The notes under the pieces are model-generated. The model made no database searches, was not told where the DNA came from, and worked only from the letters and a program-made list of their open reading frames with translations. Below are positions 29,137 through 38,140 of a stretch of 62,645 nt of DNA, one piece after another. Each line of letters opens with the position of its first letter. Positions within the stretch are counted from its first letter, which is position 1. Source of the DNA: a virus. Lineage: Duplodnaviria; Caudoviricetes. The position numbers and the translations under genes are program-made. The stretch lies in the IMG/VR virus record IMGVR_UViG_3300028883_000508, positions 1 through 62,645 of that record; one strand, written 5' to 3'.

Positions 29137-30086
29137 TAGTATAATACCTGTAATTTATTTTCTATTTTATGGATATTATCTTTAAATGCATTCATATTAT
29201 ATTTTTCAAACCAAAGATATACATTATCTATTGGTGGAAGATTATAACTATTATTATAGCATTTTAAAATTCTATCTTCAATAGTATTTGGTATTTTATC
29301 AAAATCCATAAGAAGTCTGTTTCTCTTTAAATTTTTATGTAAATTAACTTCTCCATATAATTTGTTACTATACCCACCTTCAATAAATCCCTTAATATTA
29401 TTTTTAATTTTTTCAAATGATTTTTCTCCGAATCCTGGTCTTTTTTTATTTTTAGTTTCTTCTGTAAGACCCCAATCATCAGGAGTTATGATATTTGGTA
29501 TATCATCTTTTTTTTGCCCACAAAATACCAATTTTAATAGAAAATCCTTTATGTCTTCAAAATCATCTGGACAATAAAGGACTTGTGAAATAGGGTCATA
29601 AACCCTTAGATTTTTTTTCTTAGCAAAACATTGAAAATAATCTTCATCTCTTGCAATAATCACACATGGATTTTTAAAATGTTTTACTAATACTCCAATT
29701 ACATCATCAGCTTCAGCAGATTTTATTTTTATAATTTTAAAAGGCATATGATGTTTAAATTCATTAGCTAATTTATTCATCATAGAATAAAGTTCTTTCC
29801 AATTATATCTTGAATCTTTCTTTTTAATTTTTCTTGATTCTTTGTATCTACTATATGCTGCTTTTCTCCAACTATTTGAATCATCAATAGCAAGAATTAC
29901 TTCTGTAACATTTTTGAATTTCCATAAAGTTGTATAAATGGAATTAAAAACATTATACATCCAAAGACCCCATTGTATATTATTAGGATCTTCAATTATT
30001 TCTTTAACACCAAAAAAACTTCTAATTACTAAATTATTAAAATCAAACAACAATGTAACATCTTTACCAATATCAACAGATTCCAT
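29136..30086 (-). CDS. rnh: T4 RNase H-like 5'-3' exonuclease
   Basis: LFDFNN, SWRK...YKESR, AEADDVIG, DEDYFQ, GQKKDDIPNI, LMDFDKIP. Confidence 0.9.
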   Translation of the reverse strand: MESVDIGKDVTLLFDFNNLVIRSFFGVKEIIEDPNNIQWGLWMYNVFNSIYTTLWKFKNVTEVILAIDDSNSWRKAAYSRYKESRKIKKKDSRYNWKELYSMMNKLANEFKHHMPFKIIKIKSAEADDVIGVLVKHFKNPCVIIARDEDYFQCFAKKKNLRVYDPISQVLYCPDDFEDIKDFLLKLVFCGQKKDDIPNIITPDDWGLTEETKNKKRPGFGEKSFEKIKNNIKGFIEGGYSNKLYGEVNLHKNLKRNRLLMDFDKIPNTIEDRILKCYNNSYNLPPIDNVYLWFEKYNMNAFKDNIHKIENKLQVLY

Positions 30087-30102
30087 TATATCTCCTTACA
30101 TT

Positions 30103-30417
30103 TTATTTTATTTTTCTCATATATTTATCCTTTTCATGTTGAATCCAAAATGATTGTTTATATCTACTTCCTTGCATAAACTTTTGAGCATTTGTACCTG
30201 ATTTAAATCTAATTCTTTGTCTTCCATGAGTCATATTTTGATAAAATTCATCATGTCCAACTTTGAATACAGGTAAATTATCTCTTTTGTTTATTGCATC
30301 AGCAAACACTCCCTTTACAGGAGTTTCAATTTTTTCTGGTTGTTCTACAGCTTGATCTTTATCCTTTGCTATTTGTGCTTCGGGACTATCTTGAAAATTC
30401 CCTGCTAACTCTCCCAT
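30103..30417 (-). CDS. Hypothetical protein
   Basis: 104 aa with AGGAG upstream. Confidence 0.7.
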   Translation of the reverse strand: MGELAGNFQDSPEAQIAKDKDQAVEQPEKIETPVKGVFADAINKRDNLPVFKVGHDEFYQNMTHGRQRIRFKSGTNAQKFMQGSRYKQSFWIQHEKDKYMRKIK

Positions 30418-30461
30418 ATTATTTCTCCTTATACCTCTTTATCTGATTGAGGTTTCTTTAT

Positions 30462-30845
30462 TTAAAATTCATTTTGAATTTCCTTTAGTAATTTTTCATC
30501 ATCTAATGTCAATTCTTCTTTTTTCATTATTTTCTTTATTATTTTCTTTACAATTCCTTCTTTTTTCTTTTCTTTCTCTATTTTTTCACTAGGACCAATT
30601 CTTATTTGCTGTATTGCTTTATCAGAACCATCAAAAACACCTTTTATTCGTTTATATCTTAATCTCATTTCACTATCAGAGTCAAGATAGTATTTCATAA
30701 GTGGGGTTCTTATTTTACTTCTATGATCTTCTATGAATTCTTTTAAATTTTTACTTCCAACTTGTTCAGGATTCATGAATTGATCAAATAACCATATTAT
30801 AGCTATATCAGCAAATTCATCTGTTGTCAAATTTAAAGTAGCCAT
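30462..30845 (-). CDS. Hypothetical protein
   Basis: 127 aa ORF in operon. Confidence 0.7.
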   Translation of the reverse strand: MATLNLTTDEFADIAIIWLFDQFMNPEQVGSKNLKEFIEDHRSKIRTPLMKYYLDSDSEMRLRYKRIKGVFDGSDKAIQQIRIGPSEKIEKEKKKEGIVKKIIKKIMKKEELTLDDEKLLKEIQNEF

Positions 30846-30846
30846 T

Positions 30847-31380
30847 TTATATTACCATCCCTATTTCCCTTATATCATCTGGTTTCACTATATCAAAAAA
30901 ATCCTCTAAATCGTAAAGGAAACAGCTTCTAAGAGCATTTTCTTTGTTCCATGATATACTGATATGATTTAAATTTTTAAGTTTGATATTCAGCCTCTCT
31001 TGTGTATATTTATCTATTCCTACTATTCTTTTCCTGCCTTTTTTTCTATAAATTAACATTGGATGCTTTTTTGCTTTATTAGCATCATTACATGATTGTT
31101 TCCAAAATTCTTCAATGCCAAATTTAGTTGTTGTAAAATGTTGCCAAAAAGATGTACTTGGATATCCATTTTTACATTCAACACTAAAAATATCTATAAA
31201 AAATTTAGAATCAGGATGTAAATATGTTATATCTCCTGTCATATGATAATTTTCAATATGAACAGTAGCTAATCCACCACTAGCATCTTGTCTCCAAAAC
31301 ATATATGGTTTTGTTTTACCTGTCAACCATTTTGTTAAAAATTTAGAAATATTTCTTTCAAAATCCCCACCTTTTGCCAT
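30847..31380 (-). CDS. Holliday junction resolvase (Hjc/T5 D14-like PD-(D/E)xK)
   Basis: KGGDFER, SGG, GDI, VECK. Confidence 0.8.
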   Translation of the reverse strand: MAKGGDFERNISKFLTKWLTGKTKPYMFWRQDASGGLATVHIENYHMTGDITYLHPDSKFFIDIFSVECKNGYPSTSFWQHFTTTKFGIEEFWKQSCNDANKAKKHPMLIYRKKGRKRIVGIDKYTQERLNIKLKNLNHISISWNKENALRSCFLYDLEDFFDIVKPDDIREIGMVI

Positions 31381-31412
31381 AAATTTACTCCTAAAAACAC
31401 AAATGCTAATAG

Positions 31413-31420
31413 TATTTATA
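31413..31420 (-). promoter_or_regulatory. T4-type late promoter TATAAATA
   Basis: Exact match upstream of the resolvase gene. Confidence 0.5.
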
Positions 31421-31429
31421 TATTTTAGG

Positions 31430-31469
31430 AAAAAAAAATAGGAAGATTGATTACCAATCTTCCTATTTT
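31430..31469 (-). terminator. Intrinsic terminator closing the ubiquitin-like operon region
   Basis: 15-bp perfect stem AAAATAGGAAGATTG/CAATCTTCCTATTTT with T run. Confidence 0.8.
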
Positions 31470-31542
31470 GGTTATATCTACCAATATAACCTAAAAACTA
31501 ATAAAATCTTTTTTAATTGAGAAAAATAGCGTCCTATTTTTC

Positions 31543-31609
31543 TTCTTCTAATTTAATATTCTTCTAATTTAATATTCTTCTAATTTAATTTAATTTAATT
31601 TAATTTAAC
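31543..31609. repeat. 16-bp tandem repeat (about 3 copies) followed by (TAATT)n
   Basis: Unit TTCTTCTAATTTAATA. Confidence 0.85.
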
Positions 31610-31698
31610 TTTAGCATGGGAAGAAGGATTATATTATTTAATTCATAATGCTTCGACGGATGCCATATTTTAATCATTTTTAATATTCTTTATTTAAA

Positions 31699-31770
31699 GT
31701 ATTTTAGTATTTTAGTATTCTATTTTAGTATTCTATTTTAGTATTCTATTTTAGTATTCTATTTTAGTAT
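31699..31770. repeat. 13-bp tandem repeat (about 5 copies)
   Basis: Unit TATTTTAGTATTC. Confidence 0.85.
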
Positions 31771-31813
31771 CGAACAATCAATTTAACCACCCCCCTTTAA
31801 TAATTTATATTTT

Positions 31814-33136
31814 CTACTTTTTTTCAATTTGATTATAAGGATAAGCATCTCCATTATTTGAAAAATGATATCTCTTTCCATGAGTAGTAGTTACAGATAC
31901 AGGATTAGTAGTTTTACTAAGATATTCAATAGGCTTATCGTCTACCTTTCCATCTATAATTTGTTGTGTATTATCACTCATAGTTTTTAGAAAAAATTCA
32001 TTTTTCAATTGTTTTTCTTCATCAGTCGGTTTTTCTTTTTTTGGTTTTACTTTTGCTTTAACTGTAATAAGACCACCACAAGGAGTTTTTACTCTTGCTA
32101 TACCAACTATATTAAACCCCCCTGTTTTCCTATTTCTACCTGCCAAAAGACTTAAATTATGATTGCTATTGATAAATGCATTATCATGTCCACTAAAAGA
32201 TGGATTATTTTCATCTCCTGCTCCCATTTCATGATGGGAATGAATTACACCAATAATAGATAGTTTATTAAATTCCTCATTATTAACTTTATCAACAAGA
32301 ACACTAGATGTTCTTTGATCAGGAAGATAAAGATCATTTACATGATATACATCATCTTTTACTTCACCAATAAGATAAGCAAGCCACTCTCTTGCACCTG
32401 CCCATTTCATGTACATCATTGCTTTTGTTTTTGCTTGTTTATTCATAAAAACTTCAACAAATTTTTTGACTTTACTGCAAGCAGTAACACGATCAATTTC
32501 TACTTCCCAAAATGTTTCTTGTTTTTTAAATTGATCCCACATTAAAGGTTGTTTTGTTTTTTTAACTTTACCAAAACCAAAACCAGGAAATTTTTGTGGA
32601 ATATTCGATTCATTATTTTTATCTAAATCAAAATCATTTTCAGTTAATTCTTCTATCGGATTTTCATTTCTAATTTTTTCTTGTTTTTCAAACCATACAG
32701 TATCACTATTTTCATCAAGTACTTTTCCAGTTATCATATAGTGATACTCGTTTAGTATATTTCTTACTTGATTCAATTCCAATCCAAATGCAATTGCAAT
32801 ATCTTGGATAGACCACCCACTTTCATTTGCCATACTTATAATTTGTATTTCAATTTTATCAGGTGTAACAGATTTATCATTTTTCATATGATTTACCATT
32901 CCTTTCATTCTTTCTTTTGTTTTTTGTAATTTATTATTTAATTTTCTTTTACGTTTCATTTTATTTTTATGTTCTTTTCGAACTCTTTGAACATGTCTTT
33001 CAGAAACTTGAAGTTCATTAACAATAATACTAGTAGGTGTGTTTACATCTTTTTCAAGATACTCAATAATAGATTGTTTTTTATTAACATAACCTTTCAA
33101 TTTTAAATCCTTTCTCAATTGTTTAATATACCCCAT
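31814..33136 (-). CDS. JAB/MPN+ metalloprotease (deubiquitinase-like) with N-terminal HTH-like segments
   Basis: EWLAYL...IHSHH...FSGHD JAMM motif; TSIIVNELQVSERHVQRV and WSIQDIAIAFGLELNQVRNIL. Confidence 0.85.
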   Translation of the reverse strand: MGYIKQLRKDLKLKGYVNKKQSIIEYLEKDVNTPTSIIVNELQVSERHVQRVRKEHKNKMKRKRKLNNKLQKTKERMKGMVNHMKNDKSVTPDKIEIQIISMANESGWSIQDIAIAFGLELNQVRNILNEYHYMITGKVLDENSDTVWFEKQEKIRNENPIEELTENDFDLDKNNESNIPQKFPGFGFGKVKKTKQPLMWDQFKKQETFWEVEIDRVTACSKVKKFVEVFMNKQAKTKAMMYMKWAGAREWLAYLIGEVKDDVYHVNDLYLPDQRTSSVLVDKVNNEEFNKLSIIGVIHSHHEMGAGDENNPSFSGHDNAFINSNHNLSLLAGRNRKTGGFNIVGIARVKTPCGGLITVKAKVKPKKEKPTDEEKQLKNEFFLKTMSDNTQQIIDGKVDDKPIEYLSKTTNPVSVTTTHGKRYHFSNNGDAYPYNQIEKK

Positions 33137-33163
33137 GATATCACATCATGGGGTATATGTCAA
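33126..33163 (-). promoter_or_regulatory. Internal sigma70 promoter overlapped by a perfect 14-bp inverted repeat
   Basis: TTGACA-17-TATCAT; arms ATATACCCCATGAT 33126-33139 / ATCATGGGGTATAT 33145-33158. Confidence 0.65.
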
Positions 33164-33171
33164 TTCTTTTT

Positions 33172-33759
33172 TTACCTATCAAATCGAAATAAATGTTTAA
33201 CTGAAGAAATACATTCAGCATTAGGATATTTCATGATTTTTGCAACCGCAAGAGCAGCAACTATAACAGCAGGAACAACCCATGATGGAACTACTGTATA
33301 TCCATTGGTAGATTCCCCCCATTCAGAAACAGTATTATGAATCCCAAATCCTTCTCCATCATACCCTGCCTTAAAATATTTTGATCCCATTTTTTTAGCA
33401 ATGGCTTGATTTTCAATTTGTGATTTTCCATCATCCGTACAATCAACAACCCAATCAAATCCACTTGTAATATCAGAGAATTTAAATGGATAAGAATAGA
33501 CAGTAGCTTCATCTCTTAAAGATATAATAGCCATTTTTGTAATATCTGCTTTGTTTTTTCCAAGATATTTATATGGAATATCAAGACGATTGAGATTATG
33601 TTCTTCTAGAATGTCAGGATCAAATAATTCAAGATGATCTACCCCACTCATTGCAAGAAATTTAGCTACCCAATATCCAATACCACCACAACCAACAACA
33701 GCAACTTTTTTAGGATGATTTAATTTAAGCTTTTCTTGCCTATTATACAAATCAGACAT
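33172..33759 (-). CDS. ThiF/E1-like ubiquitin-like activating enzyme
   Basis: LYNRQ, VVGCGGIG, DPDILEEHNLNR, KNKA, VVDCTD. Confidence 0.92.
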   Translation of the reverse strand: MSDLYNRQEKLKLNHPKKVAVVGCGGIGYWVAKFLAMSGVDHLELFDPDILEEHNLNRLDIPYKYLGKNKADITKMAIISLRDEATVYSYPFKFSDITSGFDWVVDCTDDGKSQIENQAIAKKMGSKYFKAGYDGEGFGIHNTVSEWGESTNGYTVVPSWVVPAVIVAALAVAKIMKYPNAECISSVKHLFRFDR

Positions 33760-33776
33760 TTTAAAAATCCTTTCAA

Positions 33777-34673
33777 TTAAATTGTTTGCCAAACATCTTC
33801 AAGTTCTTCATTATCTTCAAGTTCTACAGTAGATGGTTCTACTTCATCAACTTTTTTAACATTTCTGATTAATGTTTCTATCCTTGGTAAACCAGCAGGA
33901 TTTCTTATTGCAAGACTATTATTATTAATTGTTTCTAAAACAGCTTCAGCATCTTTAGCACACAACAAGATATCATCTGGATGATTCCATTTTTTATCAT
34001 ATTTCCAATTACCCCAACAATCACCATGCCCCATTTGATGATAATGCTGAAATGATGGTAATTGTAATCCTCTTGTTGTTGGTTTTTTTGTTGAAACAGA
34101 AGTTATTTTACTTCCTTTTGTTTTTATTAAAATAATCATATCTTTTTTCATTCTTGATACAAGTCTAGAAGGAATTGGTTTTCTAACTTTATCACCTACA
34201 TTTGTATCATTATATACAATAAACCTTGGATTATATACACCTCTATAAATCCAAGTCAATTCATCATTTTCTTTTCCTTTAACAATAGAAAGTCCTTTAA
34301 GTAAATGAGCTTCTGTTATATCAGGCATCATAGCTGCTTTACTATACTTTTTTTTCATTTGAGCTTCTTTTCTATCAAGCTCTTGTTGTTTTTGTTGATG
34401 TAATATCAATAATTGATTGATTTTAGAATTGATTTTATCTCTAATTCTTTGCTGTTGAGTATTTAACTTTTCTTTGAACTCTTTACGCAACTTTTCTTCA
34501 ACATTTTCATCACTGACAATTTCTAAATCAGTAAATTTAAATGTTTTTCCACCGAAAGTTAAAGAAAGACCTTCTGCTTTAAGATCATCAACTGAAATTG
34601 ATTCAAGTTCAGCTAACATTTCTTCATGTCTTGACTTTACTTCAGTATCAAAAGTTGAGAATACATCAGACAT
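33777..34673 (-). CDS. Putative prokaryotic E2-like conjugating enzyme with N-terminal coiled coil
   Basis: FQHYHQMGHGDCWG resembles the E2 HPN...GxxC(L/W)G site; between Ubl and E1. Confidence 0.6.
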   Translation of the reverse strand: MSDVFSTFDTEVKSRHEEMLAELESISVDDLKAEGLSLTFGGKTFKFTDLEIVSDENVEEKLRKEFKEKLNTQQQRIRDKINSKINQLLILHQQKQQELDRKEAQMKKKYSKAAMMPDITEAHLLKGLSIVKGKENDELTWIYRGVYNPRFIVYNDTNVGDKVRKPIPSRLVSRMKKDMIILIKTKGSKITSVSTKKPTTRGLQLPSFQHYHQMGHGDCWGNWKYDKKWNHPDDILLCAKDAEAVLETINNNSLAIRNPAGLPRIETLIRNVKKVDEVEPSTVELEDNEELEDVWQTI

Positions 34674-34714
34674 TATATATAACTCCAATCAAAAGTATTT
34701 TTTTTTATTATAGA

Positions 34715-34752
34715 TAGTTTAATGGGGAGATAATTCTCCCCATTCCAAACTA
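34715..34752 (-). terminator. Stem-loop between Ubl and E2 (partial terminator or mRNA stabiliser)
   Basis: AATGGGGAGA-4 nt-TCTCCCCATT plus outer TAGTTT/AAACTA; no U tract on the sense strand. Confidence 0.6.
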
Positions 34753-34766
34753 ACTAACTTTAATTA

Positions 34767-35045
34767 CTATCCTGCTTCATCAAATGGCCTAATTTCAACA
34801 GACATTTGATCGGTTACTTCAGCAGGTGCCGAACTTGGTCGAACTTCAGTACCATTCAACCACACCTTGAATTTACCGAAACCTGCTTGCAATGCAACAG
34901 ATTGAACGGATTGAAGGAAAGGTGCTCCAACTTCAAGGTTCTGATAAGAACCATTAACAAGAATACTTGCTCCATCGGGCCTATCAGTGGTAGGAACATC
35001 ATCCATATCATCATTACCCATGTCACCGTCAAAAAAATCATTCAT
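34767..35045 (-). CDS. Ubiquitin-like (beta-grasp) protein ending in Gly
   Basis: Acidic N-tail, SILVNG, helix FLQSVQSVALQAG, FKVWLNGTEV, SVEIRPFDEAG-stop; AAGGAG upstream; first gene of the E2-E1-JAB operon. Confidence 0.75.
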   Translation of the reverse strand: MNDFFDGDMGNDDMDDVPTTDRPDGASILVNGSYQNLEVGAPFLQSVQSVALQAGFGKFKVWLNGTEVRPSSAPAEVTDQMSVEIRPFDEAG

Positions 35046-35101
35046 CTTAATTTCTCCTTTTTTAGTTAATTTGGTTCGAAAACCATTTTTATTTTAACAA
35101 T

Positions 35102-35191
35102 CTTATATCACACTTTACACAAGATTGTCAACAACTTTTTTAATCTCAATTTCTAAAAAACAATCATATTCTAAATATAATTGTTTGTCAA
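35102..35191 (-). promoter_or_regulatory. Two tandem sigma70-type promoters upstream of Ubl
   Basis: TTGACA-17-TATGAT (35191-35163) and TTGACA-18-TATAAG (35131-35102), each within an identical AAAAAGTTGTTGACAA, 60 bp apart. Confidence 0.7.
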
Positions 35192-35200
35192 CAACTTTTT

Positions 35201-35419
35201 TTATAAATTTTTAATTGCCCATTCTAAAGCTTCATCCAAACTATATGGATTATTAAAATTATAACCATTATGAAATTTAACTTTTATACCATCTTTATAC
35301 ATTATAAATCCATTATGATTGTTAAAATAATATTGATTCCTTACTTTATAAACAACACCTTCAACCTTTTTTTGTTTGGATTTGGCTTTATTTTTTCCTG
35401 TAAGTCCAATTGTATTCAT
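35201..35419 (-). CDS. Hypothetical protein
   Basis: 72 aa with AGGAG, downstream of a sigma54-like promoter. Confidence 0.7.
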   Translation of the reverse strand: MNTIGLTGKNKAKSKQKKVEGVVYKVRNQYYFNNHNGFIMYKDGIKVKFHNGYNFNNPYSLDEALEWAIKNL

Positions 35420-35455
35420 CTAACATCTCCTTAATTCAAAGTCAATGTTTTTTAT

Positions 35456-35537
35456 TGCAATCGGTATGCCAAAAATCACTATTAATAATTTCAATAACTT
35501 ATAAATATATTTATATTTTTACTGACAATTTTTGTCA
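35456..35537 (-). promoter_or_regulatory. Sigma54 (-24/-12) promoter with upstream palindrome
   Basis: TGGCAT-ACCGA-TTGCA 35471-35456; TGACAAAAATTGTCA 35537-35523. Confidence 0.65.
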
Positions 35538-35550
35538 AAAAACTAACAAT

Positions 35551-36288
35551 TTACAAATTTTCCCTAGAAATCAATGAATATTTTTCTTCATTATTCTCTG
35601 AAAATGCATAAATACAACCTAATCCTTGATCTTCTTGATATGCTATTTTTAAGGTAAAGTTTTTATCAATATCCATTTCAATACAATGAAAAAAATTAAC
35701 CATATCATTATAAACATATGCTAATGATATATTTTCCATTTCAATATCATCCAGTTCAAAATTAACATCGTTTGAATATCTATTGGTCTTATCAGATGTT
35801 TCAATATACATTTTATTATTATGTACTCCGAAATATACTTTACCAAATCTTGATCCAATTTTCTTTATTTTTTCAAATTTATCTATAAATTCTTGATCAA
35901 TTTTCATTTCAAAAAACCAATCTACATTTTGTACATCATTACTTCCAAGTCTTTTTACAGCAGCAGATGAACAAAATCCAACTTTAATATTTTGTTCTCC
36001 ATCTCTAAATTTCATAAACATATCTGTTAATGAAAGTTCTACTTCTTCATTATCAAATAATGCAATAAATGGAATTAAATTATTACTTGGATCACCAAAA
36101 TTAAAAACTAGTTCTTCATTAGTATCCAATACATTATTTTCTACATTCAAAATTGAAATAGAAGTATTGTTTCCATTCAATGAATTACATTGAATTCTAT
36201 CACTAAATCTTAACTGCAATGTTTCTATACCAAGATTCAGAGTAGCTTTTGTTACCACATCTTTAAAATTTTTGATATTTATTCTCAT
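35551..36288 (-). CDS. gp45: Sliding clamp, gp45-like
   Basis: 245 aa beta-rich acidic protein following the clamp loader genes. Confidence 0.65.
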   Translation of the reverse strand: MRINIKNFKDVVTKATLNLGIETLQLRFSDRIQCNSLNGNNTSISILNVENNVLDTNEELVFNFGDPSNNLIPFIALFDNEEVELSLTDMFMKFRDGEQNIKVGFCSSAAVKRLGSNDVQNVDWFFEMKIDQEFIDKFEKIKKIGSRFGKVYFGVHNNKMYIETSDKTNRYSNDVNFELDDIEMENISLAYVYNDMVNFFHCIEMDIDKNFTLKIAYQEDQGLGCIYAFSENNEEKYSLISRENL

Positions 36289-36658
36289 ATTTCCCCCTTA
36301 CATTTTTATTAATAATATATGTTAAAATCATCTTACATTCTCTTGTTGATAATGTAGGATTAAATTCTTTTAATTTTTCAATTCTTTTTTTCATCTTATC
36401 ATCTTCTTTTCGTTTCTTTATAAAATTTAGATATCTTTTACCTACTGGAATAGAACTCATATAATAATCATATACAATTTCATCAGGAAGTAAAAATAAA
36501 TATTTATTAATATCATCTACTTTTGAAATTAATTCTTTATTCATACTCAAGAATAAAGAAAGAATATATGATCCTGCTATTTTCTTATCATAAGAAACTG
36601 TTTTTCTTTTACTTTGTATTTGATTCAAGAATGTGAAAAGATTTACTTTATCTGCCAT
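36263..36658 (-). CDS. gp62: Clamp loader small subunit, gp62-like
   Basis: LFTFLNQI...YILSLFLS...YDYY...KRYLNFIK; adjacent to gp44. Confidence 0.75.
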   Translation of the reverse strand: MADKVNLFTFLNQIQSKRKTVSYDKKIAGSYILSLFLSMNKELISKVDDINKYLFLLPDEIVYDYYMSSIPVGKRYLNFIKKRKEDDKMKKRIEKLKEFNPTLSTRECKMILTYIINKNVRGKYENKYQKF

Positions 36659-37560
36659 TATATAACCTTATTATAAATAAAATCAACTATCATTCTCATA
36701 AAATTGATTTCTTTTATTGCTATTGTTGCATCTCTATAAAGATGTTCTCCTATTCCAAGTATTGCCCCCCCAGGTTCTTTGAATTCTCCTACATTATCAT
36801 ATATATATTCATAAAGTTCTGGATAAGGAATATAATTTGATCTAAGTTCTTCTCTAATAGATTCAATATCTTTTTTCAGAATCAATTTAAATATTTTTTC
36901 AAATAAAACTTCTGAAGCATATATTTTTGATCCTGTAAGTTCACCATTAATAACATTTTCTTGTAAAACATTAATACATTTTCTAATATCAGGATATGTT
37001 TTTTTAATTATTTCAAGAACAGTTTTTCCTTCAAATTTAATTTTTTCTTGTCTAAGAATATTGAGACAAAATTTACCAATATCTTTTTTAGGTGGATTAT
37101 CAAATTTAATAACTTGGCATCTACTTTTTATTTCTGGTATCACATAATTTTCATAATTACAAATCAAAATAAATCTACAAATTCTATATGTATCTTCCAT
37201 TAATTGTCTTAAAAGTTTTTGTGCTCCTTGAGGACCACTTGTTAAAGAATCACATTCATTCAATACAACTACTTTCATATCTTTCATACACATTGCAGTA
37301 GCAAATGGTCTAATTTTATTTCTAAAAACATCAATACCATTTTCATCAGAAGCATTAATCCACATATAATCAATATTATCTTTCTCAATAAGAAGATTAG
37401 TAAAACATCCTTTACCTATTCCTGGTGTTCCATATAAAAGTAAATTAGGTAATTCTTCCATAGATTTATTCAATTTACCTTTAATTTCTTCATTAAGTAT
37501 TATATCATTGAAATTTTTTGGTTGATATTTATATACCCACAAATTTTTTCTTAAATCCAT
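36658..37560 (-). CDS. gp44: Clamp loader large subunit, gp44-like
   Basis: LWVYKYQP, GTPGIGK, INASDE, FILICNY, IKSRC, PDIRKCIN. Confidence 0.93.
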   Translation of the reverse strand: MDLRKNLWVYKYQPKNFNDIILNEEIKGKLNKSMEELPNLLLYGTPGIGKGCFTNLLIEKDNIDYMWINASDENGIDVFRNKIRPFATAMCMKDMKVVVLNECDSLTSGPQGAQKLLRQLMEDTYRICRFILICNYENYVIPEIKSRCQVIKFDNPPKKDIGKFCLNILRQEKIKFEGKTVLEIIKKTYPDIRKCINVLQENVINGELTGSKIYASEVLFEKIFKLILKKDIESIREELRSNYIPYPELYEYIYDNVGEFKEPGGAILGIGEHLYRDATIAIKEINFMRMIVDFIYNKVI

Positions 37561-37585
37561 CTTATCTCCTTTTTCATTTTTTATT

Positions 37586-37666
37586 ACTATAACACATCTT
37601 GAATGAAATTGTTAAATAAAAAATTTTTAAAAAAAATTAACAATTAATACTTCTTTATGTTATAGT
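37586..37666. promoter_or_regulatory. Back-to-back TTAACA-N18-TATAGT promoters at the strand switch
   Basis: Minus 37615-37586 and plus 37637-37666, both with TGT before the -10. Confidence 0.65.
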
Positions 37667-37699
37667 AATAAAAAATAATAATATAATGGAGAATTAATT

Positions 37700-38140
37700 A
37701 TGGATAACGATGAATTGAAAGAAAAATTCATAAGGTTTTTAAGAGAACAATCAAAGAAAAATGAAAATAAAGATGGTACAAATAAATTTTTTAAAAGAGC
37801 ATTTTGGTTTAGTAGATGCCTTAGAGTTTTAAATGTAAATAAATTAGGTCAAGATCTTATTGGTTATATACAAGAAGAAACATGGGGTCAATATAGTAGT
37901 AAATGGGTCAATATAGGAAATTATTATGAAATAGATAAAAAATGTTTTTATTCTACAAAATCAAATAATGGAAATAAAACAAAAAGAGCTATTGAAAATT
38001 TAAAATCATTAGGATTGATAGAATTTAAAAATAGTAATGGATTAAAAGAAGATATATGTATTGCTATAGATTTTAATACAGATAATTGGATTTTAAATGA
38101 AAAACAAAGAAAAATTATTGATATAATTACAAATAAATAA
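37700..38140 (+). CDS. Winged-helix protein resembling the lambda-O-type initiator N-domain
   Basis: YIQEETWG...TKRAIENLKSLGLIE...IDFNTDNW; iterons follow directly. Confidence 0.5.
   Translation: MDNDELKEKFIRFLREQSKKNENKDGTNKFFKRAFWFSRCLRVLNVNKLGQDLIGYIQEETWGQYSSKWVNIGNYYEIDKKCFYSTKSNNGNKTKRAIENLKSLGLIEFKNSNGLKEDICIAIDFNTDNWILNEKQRKIIDIITNK

Noticed and set aside
31543-31770. CRISPR or mini-array
   Set aside because: Head-to-tail short AT-rich repeats with no unique spacers
33172-35045. ThiS/ThiF or MoaD/MoeB cofactor biosynthesis
   Set aside because: No thiG, moaE or sulfurtransferase nearby; E2-like and JAB genes are present instead. Not excluded experimentally
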